Of a DNA stretch of 64,000 nt, positions 41,370 to 52,337 are shown one piece after another. Each line of letters starts with the position of its first letter. Positions within the stretch are counted from its first letter, which is position 1. The stretch is taken from contig CAVVXT010000003.1 of the NCBI GenBank assembly GCA_963752255.1, positions 96,001 to 160,000 of the forward strand, given 5' to 3'. Source of the stretch: Nitrososphaeria archaeon (GTDB taxonomy: Archaea > Thermoproteota > Nitrososphaeria > JACIWG01). Position numbers and translations under genes: made by a program. The notes below the pieces were generated by a model. It was given only the letters and a program-made list of their open reading frames with translations, did not search any database and was not told where the DNA came from.

Positions 41370-42339
41370 TTACCGTTCAATTGAACAGTACATTTTTTCT
41401 CCTTTCTTTTTTACTTTAATAAGTGTCTTAACTTGTATACCGAACTTATCTAGCACCTGTTGTTTCCCCTTATACATTTCCTTCTCCATTATACATGCGA
41501 CATCAATTATTTTTACACCATGTTTTTGGAAAGTGTCGATCAAAGAAATTAACGTGCCGCCAGTTGATATCGTGTCATCGATTATTAGTATTCGTTCACC
41601 TGCTTTAACACCATATATGTAGTATACTTCCTTTCTCATAACCGGAAGAATATTTTACTTTATCTAAGAGGTAGTCGTTTGTACCCAAAGGTCTCTTCCT
41701 TACGATCGCCATAGGTTTTCCCTTACTTTGAGCTACGAGCGTAGCTATTGGTAAACCTAATACTTCAGGCACCACCACCTTATCAATTTCGTCTGAAGTT
41801 CTATAATTTATTTCGCTTGCTATCCAGGATAGCGTTCTAGGACTCGGGGGAGGCACGTGTTCTGTAATCCTATTTAATATGAACTCGTATACCTTCCTTG
41901 AACCGTCTTTCACCCAACGCCTTCTAATTATTTTTGCATTTTCATAATACGAGGTTATTTCAGAGACTATTTCTTCATCATATTTCTTTTTCAGCGTTTG
42001 CGATTGTCTGATTTCTCTGAAGAAACATGTAACATTTCCTGTGTGGCAGGTCGGTCCAAATGGCTCGACCATATAAAGTATGGTATCATTGTCGCAGTCT
42101 ACTCTGATCTGTACAACTTTAAGACGATTTCCGGATGTTTCACCTTTCATCCATAACTTTTTCCTCGATCTGCTCCAGAAATAACCGTATCCTGTTTCTA
42201 TAGTTCTGTTTACAGCCTCTTTGTTGGCATAGGCTATCATAAGTACCCTGTTTGTTACAAAATCTTGCACGACAACAGGAACGAGACCGTTTTCCCCAAA
42301 TTCTATGTTCCCTATTTCAACTGCTCCGTATGTTTTCAT
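41370..42339 (-). CDS. hisI: Phosphoribosyl-AMP cyclohydrolase fused to a type I purine phosphoribosyltransferase domain (frameshift near 41630)
   Basis: GLVPVVVQD, SRSR..LW.KGETSG, DCDND, CHTG..TCF; then DKVVVPEVLGLP, VRKR, ILIIDDTISTGGT. Confidence 0.85.
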
Positions 42340-43106
42340 GTAATCCTTACACACACTCCTCTATCGGCAAGATATTTTTTCACAACTTGCACAGGATACT
42401 CGTTAAAATGGAATATTGACGCGGCCAGCACAGCGTCAGCCTTCCCGATAGTAACCGCTTCATATAGATGCTGTGGGTTTCCTCCGCCTCCACTCGCTAT
42501 AACCGGGATGTTAACGTTTGAAGCAACAAGTGAAGTTAGTTCAAGATCATATCCGATCTTTGAGCCATCCCTATCTATCGATGTTAGAAGGATCTCCCCT
42601 GCCCCAAGCTTTTCCACAGTCACAGCCCAATCCCTCACATCAATTCCCCTTGCTTTGCGGGCACCGTGAGTATAAACCTCAAAGCCTGAATACACGTTTT
42701 TCGATCGTTTCCCATCTATGGCTACAACCACACACTGGCTACCATATTTGTTAGCGAGCTCGGTTATTATGGTGGGTTTTTCGACAGCCATAGTATTTAT
42801 TGATATTTTATCGGCTCCATTCCTCAAAATCGAATATGTATCATCCATGCTTCTTATCCCACCTCCGACAGTAAACGGAATATCCAGAACTTCTGCAACG
42901 CTCTTGACAACGCTTAGTAAAGTTTTTCTTGTTTCAATTGTTGCGGTTATATCTAAAAAGACTATCTCATCAGCGTTATCATTTCTGTACTTAAGCGCCA
43001 TTTCAACAGGGTCACCCGCTACTTTCAAGTCGACAAAGCTTTTTCCTTTCATTACCTTACCGTTGTCGACATCTAGGCACGGAATTATCCTTTTAGCTAT
43101 AGTCGT
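42336..43106 (-). CDS. hisF: Imidazole glycerol phosphate synthase cyclase subunit (apparent ACG start)
   Basis: AKRIIPCLDV, FLDI.A, VGGGIR, TSIDRDG, IASGG, AASIFH. Confidence 0.93.
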   Translation of the reverse strand, partial: TTIAKRIIPCLDVDNGKVMKGKSFVDLKVAGDPVEMALKYRNDNADEIVFLDITATIETRKTLLSVVKSVAEVLDIPFTVGGGIRSMDDTYSILRNGADKISINTMAVEKPTIITELANKYGSQCVVVAIDGKRSKNVYSGFEVYTHGARKARGIDVRDWAVTVEKLGAGEILLTSIDRDGSKIGYDLELTSLVASNVNIPVIASGGGGNPQHLYEAVTIGKADAVLAASIFHFNEYPVQVVKKYLADRGVCVRIT

Positions 43107-43812
43107 TTCTGGTCACCTTTAAAGCATCAGAGATGTCAATTAATCTATCGTATATCACTCGGCCGAGGATTACCCCCTTGATTTTATAATTCTTCAAGAT
43201 CCTGATATCGTTTAATGAAGAGATTCCGCCTGCAACATAAATTTGTTCAGAAAAATCACGTAACAGGTCCAAATATGAGGTATCAAGTCCTGTTAGGGTG
43301 CCATCTCTTTGAACGTTTGTTGAAAGAAATAACCTGAAACCCTGGTTCCAAAGACCTTGGAGTGTGGGTCGAAGCTCGAGAGCCAATTTTTTTTTCCAGC
43401 CATTTATAACAATCTTTCCCCATGAATGATCTATGGCAACAATTATTCTTTCAGCACCAAATTTTAACAACTCCGCGCGATCAATTTGACCGGTAAATAT
43501 TCCAGTTCCAAGAATAGCTCTGCAAGATCCTATTTCAAATATCTTTTCTACTTCCCGGATGCTATGCAGTCCACCTCCCACCTGGATTTTTAGATTAGAT
43601 TTCTGAATAATTTTCCCAATTACTTCAAAGTTACTTCCTATGCCTAAAGCCGCATCAAGATCTATAATGTGCAAGCCGTCAACCTTCATTTTCTCCCAAT
43701 TTTCTGCGGTTTTAACGGGGTTATCACTGTAAACTATCATTTTTTCTTGTTCCCCTTTTATTAGCCTTACAACCTTTCCTTTCATTAAGTCAACTGACGG
43801 CCATACTTCCAA
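43093..43812 (-). CDS. hisA: ProFAR isomerase
   Basis: PSVDL..GKVVRL..G, LHIIDLD, QVGGG, RDGTL.G, VAGG; TTG start after GAGGTGA. Confidence 0.9.
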   Translation of the reverse strand: MEVWPSVDLMKGKVVRLIKGEQEKMIVYSDNPVKTAENWEKMKVDGLHIIDLDAALGIGSNFEVIGKIIQKSNLKIQVGGGLHSIREVEKIFEIGSCRAILGTGIFTGQIDRAELLKFGAERIIVAIDHSWGKIVINGWKKKLALELRPTLQGLWNQGFRLFLSTNVQRDGTLTGLDTSYLDLLRDFSEQIYVAGGISSLNDIRILKNYKIKGVILGRVIYDRLIDISDALKVTRNDYS

Positions 43813-43816
43813 TTTA

Positions 43817-44418
43817 TCACCTCTTTGCGTACTCAATAAAATTCTCCAAGATTTTTTTCCTATATCTCCCGACTTTTCAGGATGGAATTGTGTTCCGAAC
43901 ACGTTTTTCTTTTCGACAACTGAAGTGAATGTTGAGCCATAGAATGTTGTACCTGTTTTAATAGAATCTTCTTTTGGTTCAGGATAATACGAGTGAGCAA
44001 AGTAAACCCACCTCGGTTCATATATATGATTAAGTAAAATGCTGTCGTTATTTAATTTAACAGAGTTCCATCCCATATGCGGTATTTTTACACCATTGCT
44101 AAATCTAATTACTTCACCTTTGAGTATGCCTAATCCGCCGCCCGGTCCCTCTTCACTTCGTTCAAACATGAGCTGAAGTCCAAGACATATTCCAAGAAGG
44201 GGAATACCTTCTCCGATCGCATCAATGATCTCGTTTTTGACTTTTTCCATGGTGCCGCAGGCTGATGAAAAACTTCCGACACCTGGAAGAATGATTGCGG
44301 AATATTTCCTTAGGTCATTATTTTTTGAGATGACTTCAACATCGACGCTGAGTCTTCTCAGTGAAGAGAGAAGGCTAAACATGTTGCTTGCGCCATAGTC
44401 TATTACAGCAAATTTCAT
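43817..44418 (-). CDS. hisH: Imidazole glycerol phosphate synthase glutaminase subunit (A-run frameshift near 43855)
   Basis: IDYG..N, LPGVG, GICLGLQ, PHMGWN, QFHPEKS. Confidence 0.92.
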
Positions 44419-44994
44419 CTACATCTTGCCTTTGGAGCTGGGAATACCTTTACGTTTCCGATCAACTTCCCATGCTTCGCTTAAAGATAGAGCAATTCCT
44501 TTGAATACTGCCTCGACCTTGTGATGATTGTTTGTGCCATTCAGAACATTTACGTGCAAAGTAAATTTTAACGAATTCGCTAAGAGTTTCAATAAAGTGC
44601 TGTATGTCTTCTGAAGCCATGTCTTCTATTTGTCCACCCCATAAACCAAGTTCTATATCTGAGAATTGGCGAGTGACTAAATCAATGCTCACGAGCGCCA
44701 AAGCGTCATCCATTGGAACTATTGAATGGCCAAACCTCTTAATGCTCTTCCTGTCACCGAGTGCCTGTCTTAACGCTTCCCCTAACGTTATCGCGACATC
44801 TTCAACTATGTGGTGACTTAGATCTCCTCTTGCTTTAATTTCAGGTCAATATAGCTGTGAACAGCAAGTTCACAAAGGAGGTGGTCTAAAAATCTTACAC
44901 CGGTGTCTATGTTGGTTTTACCCTCTCCGTCTACGTTCAACCTTATCTTGATTTCAGTTTCTTTGGTCTTTCTCTCAACAGTTGAAGTTCTCAT
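44419..44994 (-). CDS. hisB: Imidazoleglycerol-phosphate dehydratase (two frameshifts)
   Basis: Manual translation: R.TKET.I...L.VDG, TG..FLDHLL, HHIVEDV, PMDDAL, NNHHKVEAVFK, IPSSKG. Confidence 0.9.
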
Positions 44995-44995
44995 G

Positions 44996-46093
44996 TTAAG
45001 TCACCGTAAATTCCCTTGTATATAACGTTGCGAGATCATCGACTGACTTCACAATCAAATCTGCACCTTGCTCCATAAAGAACTTTTCGACAGCCACAGG
45101 ATCTTCCTTTAGTCCTGTTATACCTGCAAACATAATTTGAGCTAAACTTTTTTTTGCGTTATTAACCATTAGAACATCCTCAGATGAGTCGCCGACATAT
45201 AATGTAACAGAATTTCCGACTAAATTTAAAAGCGGTAAAGGAGAAGGTTTCTTCATCGGAATTGCCTTTTTGTTATCCCGTCTGACAACATCCTCTATAA
45301 AGATTGAAGAATCAAAGTCAAAATATTCTATGAGAGAGCCTAAAACATGTTCTACACCCATTCTTGAACGCCCTGTAAGCATAAAAAAAGGTAAACCGAT
45401 ATCTGTTCCAAGCCTTTTAAATGATTTTTCGTTTACCGCCGCTCTCTCATTTCCAATTAGTCCTCCCCTAGTCAATATAGGTCTTGAGCCATAGATCTTC
45501 TTATAAATTCTGTTACCATAGTATATCGAATCGAAAAGTTTAACAAGGTAACTCTTTGAAGGATTTAATGGCACACCGAGTTCCTCTATTAGTTGTTGGA
45601 ACTCATCAAAAGTTCCTTTTTTATTGCACGTCGATATTGCATATTTGTCTACATCAGAGATCGGATCTGTTTTAAGAGAGCTAAGGAAAGTCTTAAATTG
45701 TAACTGCAATAATTTCTCGTTTATTTCTTCGCTCTCCTGATTCAACTTGCCATATTCCAACCAAAATAGGATTGCTTGTGCTGATTCCTTTGACAGCTGT
45801 GAAAAAATGAAGACTGTTAAGGCGTATACAGCATCCCACTCGTTGTTATAGAGCCCACTTTCCCTCAATTTTTCAATCTGCGCTCGATCTATAGATGATT
45901 TTTTCCTCAGTGGCCTAAAAATGTAGTTAAGAACTTCAATTATTGCAGAGTCATACGAATTTCTTGAATCAACGAGAACGCCATCGCAATCAAATACTAG
46001 GCGATTAGCTGAATTTAGTTTACCCAAACTCCTGTTAAGCAACAATGCTCTCCCCTTGCTCAGTCTGATTTCTAAATAGTTATTGACTGACAA
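44996..46093 (-). CDS. HAD-family hydrolase, candidate histidinol-phosphate phosphatase
   Basis: FDCDGVLVD, LTGR, KKP.P, YVGDS.ED; located between hisC and hisB. Confidence 0.75.
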   Translation of the reverse strand: MSVNNYLEIRLSKGRALLLNRSLGKLNSANRLVFDCDGVLVDSRNSYDSAIIEVLNYIFRPLRKKSSIDRAQIEKLRESGLYNNEWDAVYALTVFIFSQLSKESAQAILFWLEYGKLNQESEEINEKLLQLQFKTFLSSLKTDPISDVDKYAISTCNKKGTFDEFQQLIEELGVPLNPSKSYLVKLFDSIYYGNRIYKKIYGSRPILTRGGLIGNERAAVNEKSFKRLGTDIGLPFFMLTGRSRMGVEHVLGSLIEYFDFDSSIFIEDVVRRDNKKAIPMKKPSPLPLLNLVGNSVTLYVGDSSEDVLMVNNAKKSLAQIMFAGITGLKEDPVAVEKFFMEQGADLIVKSVDDLATLYTREFTVT

Positions 46094-47148
46094 TCTTCTT
46101 CACTAGTTTGAAAAAAGTTTGGTTCATTTCACCTGTTCCGACTGTAACTCTAAAATAGTGTTCGCCAAATATCTTCCCAATGTTCCTAATCATTACACCC
46201 TTATCATACAATTTATTATAGAATTTGTCAGGGTCAATAGGAGAGCGGAAAAGTATAAAGTTGGCCTCTGATTTATAGGCTTCAACTCCCACCGATTTAA
46301 GGTCGTTATAGAGTTTTTCCCTTTCAACCTTAAGTCTATCGACTGCATCTTCTATAATCTTTCTGTTTTGAATAAGCTTGATAGCGATTCTAGCTGCGAA
46401 GTTTACGATAGGGTATGTTAACTGAGCAACAGTTGAGATAGGCTTCGATATTTTGGGGTTAGCTATCATGTAACCTATTCTCAATCCCAGCTAAGCCATA
46501 CGACTTCGAGAAAGTTCTCAATACAATAAGATTTTCATATTCATTGATCAAAGAATAAACTGAGTATTTTGCGAAATCAACGTATGCTTCATCGATGACT
46601 ACGAGACCATCAAGTCTGTTAACCACTTCTCTGACAATCTCTATAGGAAACTGATTACCTGTTGGATTATTTGGTGAACAAAGTATAGCTAATGCGGCCC
46701 CTTGTCCTTCTTGAACAAATTTATCGAGGTCCAAAGAGAAATCGTGTTTAAGTGGCACAGCTACATATTCGCCTCCATTAAAAATTGTCCTATAGCGATA
46801 AACTGGAAAGGTTGGGAAGATTGAGACAACTTTTTGTTCCGGGGCAAAAATGTTAAGCAGTATGTCGATGAGCTGGTCCTCTCCAGAACCCACAGTAATA
46901 CTGTCTTCACCCAAATTTAGAAACCTTGAGAGAACCTTAACTATTTCAACGTTTTCTATATTTGGGTAGAGCCTTAAATCAACTTCATTAAGCACTTCTT
47001 CAGCTAATCTTTTTAGAACATCTCTGTCCATAAGAAAATTCTCGTTAGCATTAAGCCTTAGAATTACATTTTCCACTTCTTCCATGGGATAATATTCGTA
47101 CTTGTTCAAGTTTTCAAGCCTATCAGCTACTACCCTGTTAAGCGTCAT
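46080..47148 (-). CDS. hisC: Histidinol-phosphate aminotransferase (frameshift near 46480)
   Basis: RLNANEN, SPNNPTG, DEAY, RTFSKSYGLAG / RIGY, RVTVG. Confidence 0.9.
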
Positions 47149-48423
47149 TTTCTTCTCACTGAATATTCTATTGACTTCAAATGGTTATTTAGGCCTTCTG
47201 AAGAAGCTAACGTCTTGATTGTTGGGAACGATTTGACGATCCCAGACTTGGAAGCTATAACCACTCTAACCAACTTAATATAGTCTAACACGTTTAATCC
47301 ACCTCTCTTTAACGCGTAACAGTCAGTTGGAAGAACATGATTTACTCCGACAAAATAGTCCGTCACAACACTCGACGAATTAACTACGGTTACTCCAACA
47401 TTTTCAATTTTGTCTATGATTCGACTAAAATCTTTTGAAATTACTTCAAAGTGTTCAGGGGCAAAACCGTTAACGAAATCAACTACGGTATCTACTTTAT
47501 CAGCAACGATAACAAATCCCTTGCCTTCAAGAGCTGCTGTGACTATTTCTTTACGGTCCACGGTTCCAATTATCTTTGATATCTCGCTCACTACTTTTTC
47601 AGCTAACTCTTTGGAACAGGTTATGAACCCGCAAACAGAGTCAGTTCCATGTTCCGCTTGAGAAATTAAATCCAGAGCTATAGACTTGGGATCAGATTCC
47701 AGTATCTGCATAGATTATTATTTCTGTAGGCCCAGCGGGCATGTCTATTTGAACGTCTCTTGAAACTATTGTTTTAGCTTTTGTAACATAAGCATTACCT
47801 GGACCAACTATCTTATCAACTGGCGCAATTGTCTCTGTGCCGTATGCAAGAGCTGCGATAGCCTGCGCACCTCCGATCCGATAAACTTCTGAAGCACCCG
47901 CGATATTGGAGGCAACAAGCATCAATGGAGTGAGTTTATTTGGTGGTGTTACAACGACTGTTCTTTCTACACCGGCTACTTTGGCCGGAACCACAGTCAT
48001 CAATAGTGTACTTGGATACGACGCCTTCCCACCAGGGATATAGCATCCCACACTACGGATAGGTCTTGTTGTCTGACGAATTATGAAACCATTAGCTCTA
48101 AGTGTTATGTGCAGTCTATCCTTTGTTTTTTTTTCTAATTTCTCAATGTTCTTCTTTAACGTATAAAGCGCTCGAACCTCTTTCTCATTGACTTTTCCAT
48201 AAGCCTGTTGTATTTCTTTCTGGGAAATTCGAAGCAAATTTTGCTTTAAAGATATACCATCAAATTGCCTTGTATACTCTATCAGAGCATTGTCACCCCT
48301 TTTTCTAACCTGGCCAACTATTTCCACAACCTTTTTGTCAAGTCCAATATCCAAATCAGATTTCTTTCTTACTTCATTTAGTACGTAATCTATGTCGTTC
48401 TTAGATAGTTTGAAGAATTTCAT
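47145..48423 (-). CDS. hisD: Histidinol dehydrogenase (frameshift near 47705)
   Basis: YIPGG, GGAQAIAALAYGT, GPGN, DMPAGPTE / DL.SQAEH, APEH, NHVLPT. Confidence 0.92.
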
Positions 48424-48424
48424 G

Positions 48425-49408
48425 TTATTTTTCCCCGTTTTCTTCTTTGGCGATATCTTCAAGCGGCATTATCAGTTGGGGCTCGTGTACTACAAGACCT
48501 TGAGCTACTTTACGAAGTTTAGGTAGTAATCTTATGTAATCAGACCTGTTAATGATGGTGTTGACAGCATACCAACCGGGCTTAGAAAGGGGGCTTATCG
48601 TTGGACCTTTAAGCCCAGGTAGCAGAGTGATAAGGTCCTGTAGTTTATCCTCTTTAACATTAACAAATATGTGCAGTTTCTTGCTACTTTCAATTACACC
48701 CCTAAAGAGTGCAACCACATCGTAGATTTTTTCTCTTTTATTTGGATCATTTAAAGAAGCTTTGTTAGCGATTAGAACCGCTTGAGACCTCACTATTACA
48801 TCTATGGGTTTTAATCCGTTTTGCTCTAAAGTCGTACCAGTTTCTGACACATCAGCTATTGCATCAGCTTCTTCTGGAGGTTTGGCTTCTGTAGCACCGA
48901 AAGAAAGGTAGACTTGAACGTGCTTATTTTCACCAGTCTTCCACCATGGTGTTACAATAATTGGTTTCTCTCTGCCGTAGAGTTTTTTATATTCTCTGAG
49001 ATCAGATATGTACTGAGACACGGATGATGGGTACTCCGTTGATATTCTAATGATCTTATCGGAAGCATGATATGATTCAAGAAGTTTCTCGAATGAATCT
49101 ACGTTAATTGTTTTTGGAACCGCTATCATAAGATTTACAGCACCATACTCCAAATTTAAAAGAACCTTTACACGCGCTTTAGTTTCTTGAACCCAGTCAA
49201 GGCCCGTTATTCCGATGTCATAAAGACCGTCGGAAACGTAGATAGGTATTTCCTGAGGTCTTAGAATCTTAAACTTTATCTCAGAGTCGTCGGATGTGGG
49301 GCGATAGCTTCGTTCTTTTCCGTATATTCTAATAAACGCTTTCTCAAGAAAGTCGTAGGTTGACTTTTCAAGTGATCCTTTCGGTATAGCAAAAAGTATT
49401 CTAGACAA
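48425..49408 (-). CDS. hisG: ATP phosphoribosyltransferase (long form)
   Basis: AIPKGSL, RPQEIP, DIGITG.D, GATE, DVSETGTTL..NGL, PG..GPT. Confidence 0.95.
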   Translation of the reverse strand: MSRILFAIPKGSLEKSTYDFLEKAFIRIYGKERSYRPTSDDSEIKFKILRPQEIPIYVSDGLYDIGITGLDWVQETKARVKVLLNLEYGAVNLMIAVPKTINVDSFEKLLESYHASDKIIRISTEYPSSVSQYISDLREYKKLYGREKPIIVTPWWKTGENKHVQVYLSFGATEAKPPEEADAIADVSETGTTLEQNGLKPIDVIVRSQAVLIANKASLNDPNKREKIYDVVALFRGVIESSKKLHIFVNVKEDKLQDLITLLPGLKGPTISPLSKPGWYAVNTIINRSDYIRLLPKLRKVAQGLVVHEPQLIMPLEDIAKEENGEK

Positions 49409-49653
49409 AAAATAACACCTTCCAGACCGCTAAATTATTTGATTCCTTTTTATCCTTATCTTCAATAAAATTTCTTAGTGTTACACAAAGTTCATAGGTT
49501 ATTATGAACTAAACCACCCATCAGCTAACCACGCCAACATCTCATAAATAAAGTGTATATAAATATAGTGTGGAAATTTTCTATGAAATATATTATAACT
49601 AAACAGGATTTTCGATTATATCTATTTTTTAGTTAATACAACCTATATTATAG

Positions 49654-50898
49654 ATGGTAAAACATTTATTTCAGCGTTCTCTGCCACATCAGACGATGGG
49701 TTCAGAAAAAACGAATACAAATAAAAACAATAAGAAGTACAAGGGTTTTTCAACGGAAAGCGTGCACGGTCACGACTTTTATGAAGTCGAAAAAGGGCTT
49801 TTTAAGGTTCCTATATATATGACTGCAATATGGGAACAGTTCGACAGAGTTACTGGAAAGGAAAGAAAAACTGAAAGGAACGTTGATCTTAAATATTCTA
49901 GAGAAGAAAATTTGACTGTTAACGCCTTTGAGAAGGCACTTTGTAAACTTGAACAAGGGGAAGATGCCCTGGCCTTTAACAGTGGCATGGCGGCGATATT
50001 AACTCTTTATCTTAGCTATCTATCTTCGAATGACAGAATTTTGATAACAAAGGAGAGCTACGGTTTAACGCAGCAACTAGCGAAAGACATGGGTAAATAT
50101 GGTATTAAAACAATTTTAGCTGGCCCCGAAACCGATGATTTAGTTAATTCAATTGATAAGCACATCAAAATGGTTGTTATTGAGACAATAACGAACCCTC
50201 TGCTAAAGGTCGTGGACGTTGATGAAATCGCCAAAAGATGTCTAGAGGTTGGTGTAAAACTTGTAGTCGACAACACCTTCGCTACACCTCTACTTCTAAA
50301 ACCGCTTAAACACAACGCATGGATCTCGATGAACAGCTTAACAAAGTACATAGGTGGACACAATGACCTAATCGGAGGAGCTATCGCATCAGATTCGAAG
50401 AGTATCTTACAGCTTTTTGACTGGCGGAAGAAAATAGGCAATATAATGAACCCATTTGAAGCCTTCCTTATGTTAAGAAGCCTGCCAACTTTAAAGCTCA
50501 GGTTCATGCAGGAATCGAAGACGGCGAAGGAGCTAGCCGAATATTTGCTTAATCATAGGGGAGTTGAAGAAGTTTATTATCCAGGATTAAAGAACAGCCC
50601 TTACCTCGATGTCGCGAACAGGTTGTTCGAAGAGAAGGCGTACGGCGGTGTTTTAAGCTTTAAGATTAAGGGTGGAAAAGACGAGGTTTTAAGATTTCTT
50701 ATGCGCCTACAGATCGTTAAAGCATCTCCGAGCCTCGGTGGCGTAGAATCACTAGCCACATACCCCGTTCTAAGTGCTTCGCGTGGCATGGAACCTGCGG
50801 TAAGAGAGGAGCTGGGCATAACTGAGAATCTTATAAGATTGTCTGTAGGTCTCGAAGACGTTGAGGATTTGAAGGAAGACATCGACAACGCTCTATGA
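49654..50898 (+). CDS. Cystathionine gamma-synthase/lyase family PLP enzyme
   Basis: YSR..N.TV, SGMAA, ET.TNP, VDNTFATP, TKYIGGH, SLGG.ESL, RLSVGLE. Confidence 0.92.
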   Translation: MVKHLFQRSLPHQTMGSEKTNTNKNNKKYKGFSTESVHGHDFYEVEKGLFKVPIYMTAIWEQFDRVTGKERKTERNVDLKYSREENLTVNAFEKALCKLEQGEDALAFNSGMAAILTLYLSYLSSNDRILITKESYGLTQQLAKDMGKYGIKTILAGPETDDLVNSIDKHIKMVVIETITNPLLKVVDVDEIAKRCLEVGVKLVVDNTFATPLLLKPLKHNAWISMNSLTKYIGGHNDLIGGAIASDSKSILQLFDWRKKIGNIMNPFEAFLMLRSLPTLKLRFMQESKTAKELAEYLLNHRGVEEVYYPGLKNSPYLDVANRLFEEKAYGGVLSFKIKGGKDEVLRFLMRLQIVKASPSLGGVESLATYPVLSASRGMEPAVREELGITENLIRLSVGLEDVEDLKEDIDNAL

Positions 50899-50981
50899 AC
50901 ACGCAATTTACACGAATTCTAACGAAACTCTTTTTTCCTAAGTACGGCGTATGTTATTGATAAATTTCAAGCCAAAGAATT

Positions 50982-51462
50982 TTACCCGCCGGGTCCACCG
51001 TGTAACACTGCATCTTTCCAGACCATATCCCATACAACATCTTCTGTAAGTGCTTCTTTTGACATTATCGCGTTTTTCAGCTCTTGAAATATCCTGTGAT
51101 GTTTACCTTCGTCTTCTAGGTATTATATTAAGTATCATCTTTAACCTAGAATCGTCAACAGATTGTATTATCTTTTTAACTCCATCATAAAGATGTGCCT
51201 CATTTTTGATGTGAAAGTCGATTTCTTCCTGGATCTTTTCAATGTCACTTTCAGGCACCATCTTCCTTTCTTTGTCCAGAAGATCTATTGCAGATAGATA
51301 GAGGTTAGAATGCTTCTCGGAATCCAAAGCTGTTACTTGGATAAGAGACTTAATCACGTTACTATCTATTTGGTCGGCAAGTTTATGAAGCTTCTTAGAT
51401 AGGTCATATTCTTCACCTACCATTTCGTTAAGAACGCTTCTGACATCAATTTTAATAGTCAT
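50982..51462 (-). CDS. Ferritin/rubrerythrin-like four-helix protein (frameshift near 51120)
   Basis: E..., DSEKH, HI..E; shifted frame LEDEGKHH...WDMVWKDAVLHGGPGG*. Confidence 0.75.
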
Positions 51463-51815
51463 ATTTTAAAAGTGTTCTTTAAAATATATATAAATCTTTA
51501 CATGTTTATCGTCATTTAGATAAACAAATAACTTAAACAAAAAAAGTTTTATTGAAGTTTATGTTAGCGTTTACGTTGCTAGTTAAACCTCTTGAGGTTA
51601 CAACTGACTTAATATTCCGAATTCTCAAGTAGTTGGAATTTAATGCTTGAATTTATCTCTACACTTAGTTTATCCAACACTGTTCAAGAAAAAGTCAATC
51701 AGATGGGAGTGTTGGGTAAACTTAGTTTTGGGTCTAAAACTAAATGTTAAGATTTTATGTGCAAAATAAATGTAAAGATGATCCTTGTAAAATGTTGTCT
51801 CCTATAGGGATTCAA

Positions 51816-52337
51816 TCAGTGTAGTCCTTTGTCCCAAGGGAACACTTTATACTTCCGATAATAGTCAGCGATTCCTCCTTCAGTAATTATTTCTAGCATG
51901 AATTGAGGATAAGGTTTTATTTGATCGATTAAATCACTTTTTTCATCAGTTATTCTACCTTCAGTTAAGTCAATTGAAAGCACATCTCCATCCTTCACAT
52001 TTTCGATAAACTTGGATGATGCAACAACGGTTGGTAGACCAACGTTGACTGAATTTCTAAAAAATATCCTTGCAAAAGATTCTGCTACTATGGCTTTCAC
52101 ACCAGCTGCTTTAAGCACTCTAGGAGCCTGCTCTCTGCTAGAGCCGCATCCGAAATTTTTGCCCGCAACGATAACACTGCCGACAGCCATTCTATCTCTA
52201 AGCTTAGGGTCAAGGTCTTCGAAAACAAACTTCGTAAGCTCACTAATCACCTGCGTCCTATATTTGTATTTCCCAGATATTATCAAATCAGTGTTTATAT
52301 GATCACCTAATTTAACGCATTTCGCTGTTATTTTCAT
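51816..52337 (-). CDS. leuD: Isopropylmalate/homoaconitase-family small subunit
   Basis: GDHINTD.II, GKNFGCGSSREQA, SFARIFFRN..N.G; substrate uncertain. Confidence 0.88.
   Translation of the reverse strand: MKITAKCVKLGDHINTDLIISGKYKYRTQVISELTKFVFEDLDPKLRDRMAVGSVIVAGKNFGCGSSREQAPRVLKAAGVKAIVAESFARIFFRNSVNVGLPTVVASSKFIENVKDGDVLSIDLTEGRITDEKSDLIDQIKPYPQFMLEIITEGGIADYYRKYKVFPWDKGLH

Noticed and set aside
43093-44418. Apparent 441-aa HisH-HisA fusion in the ORF track
   Set aside because: Adding one A to the A7 run near 43855 restores a normal HisH end (GKKILENFIEYAKR*), and hisA has its own GAGGTGA RBS and TTG start, so this is a frameshift artefact.
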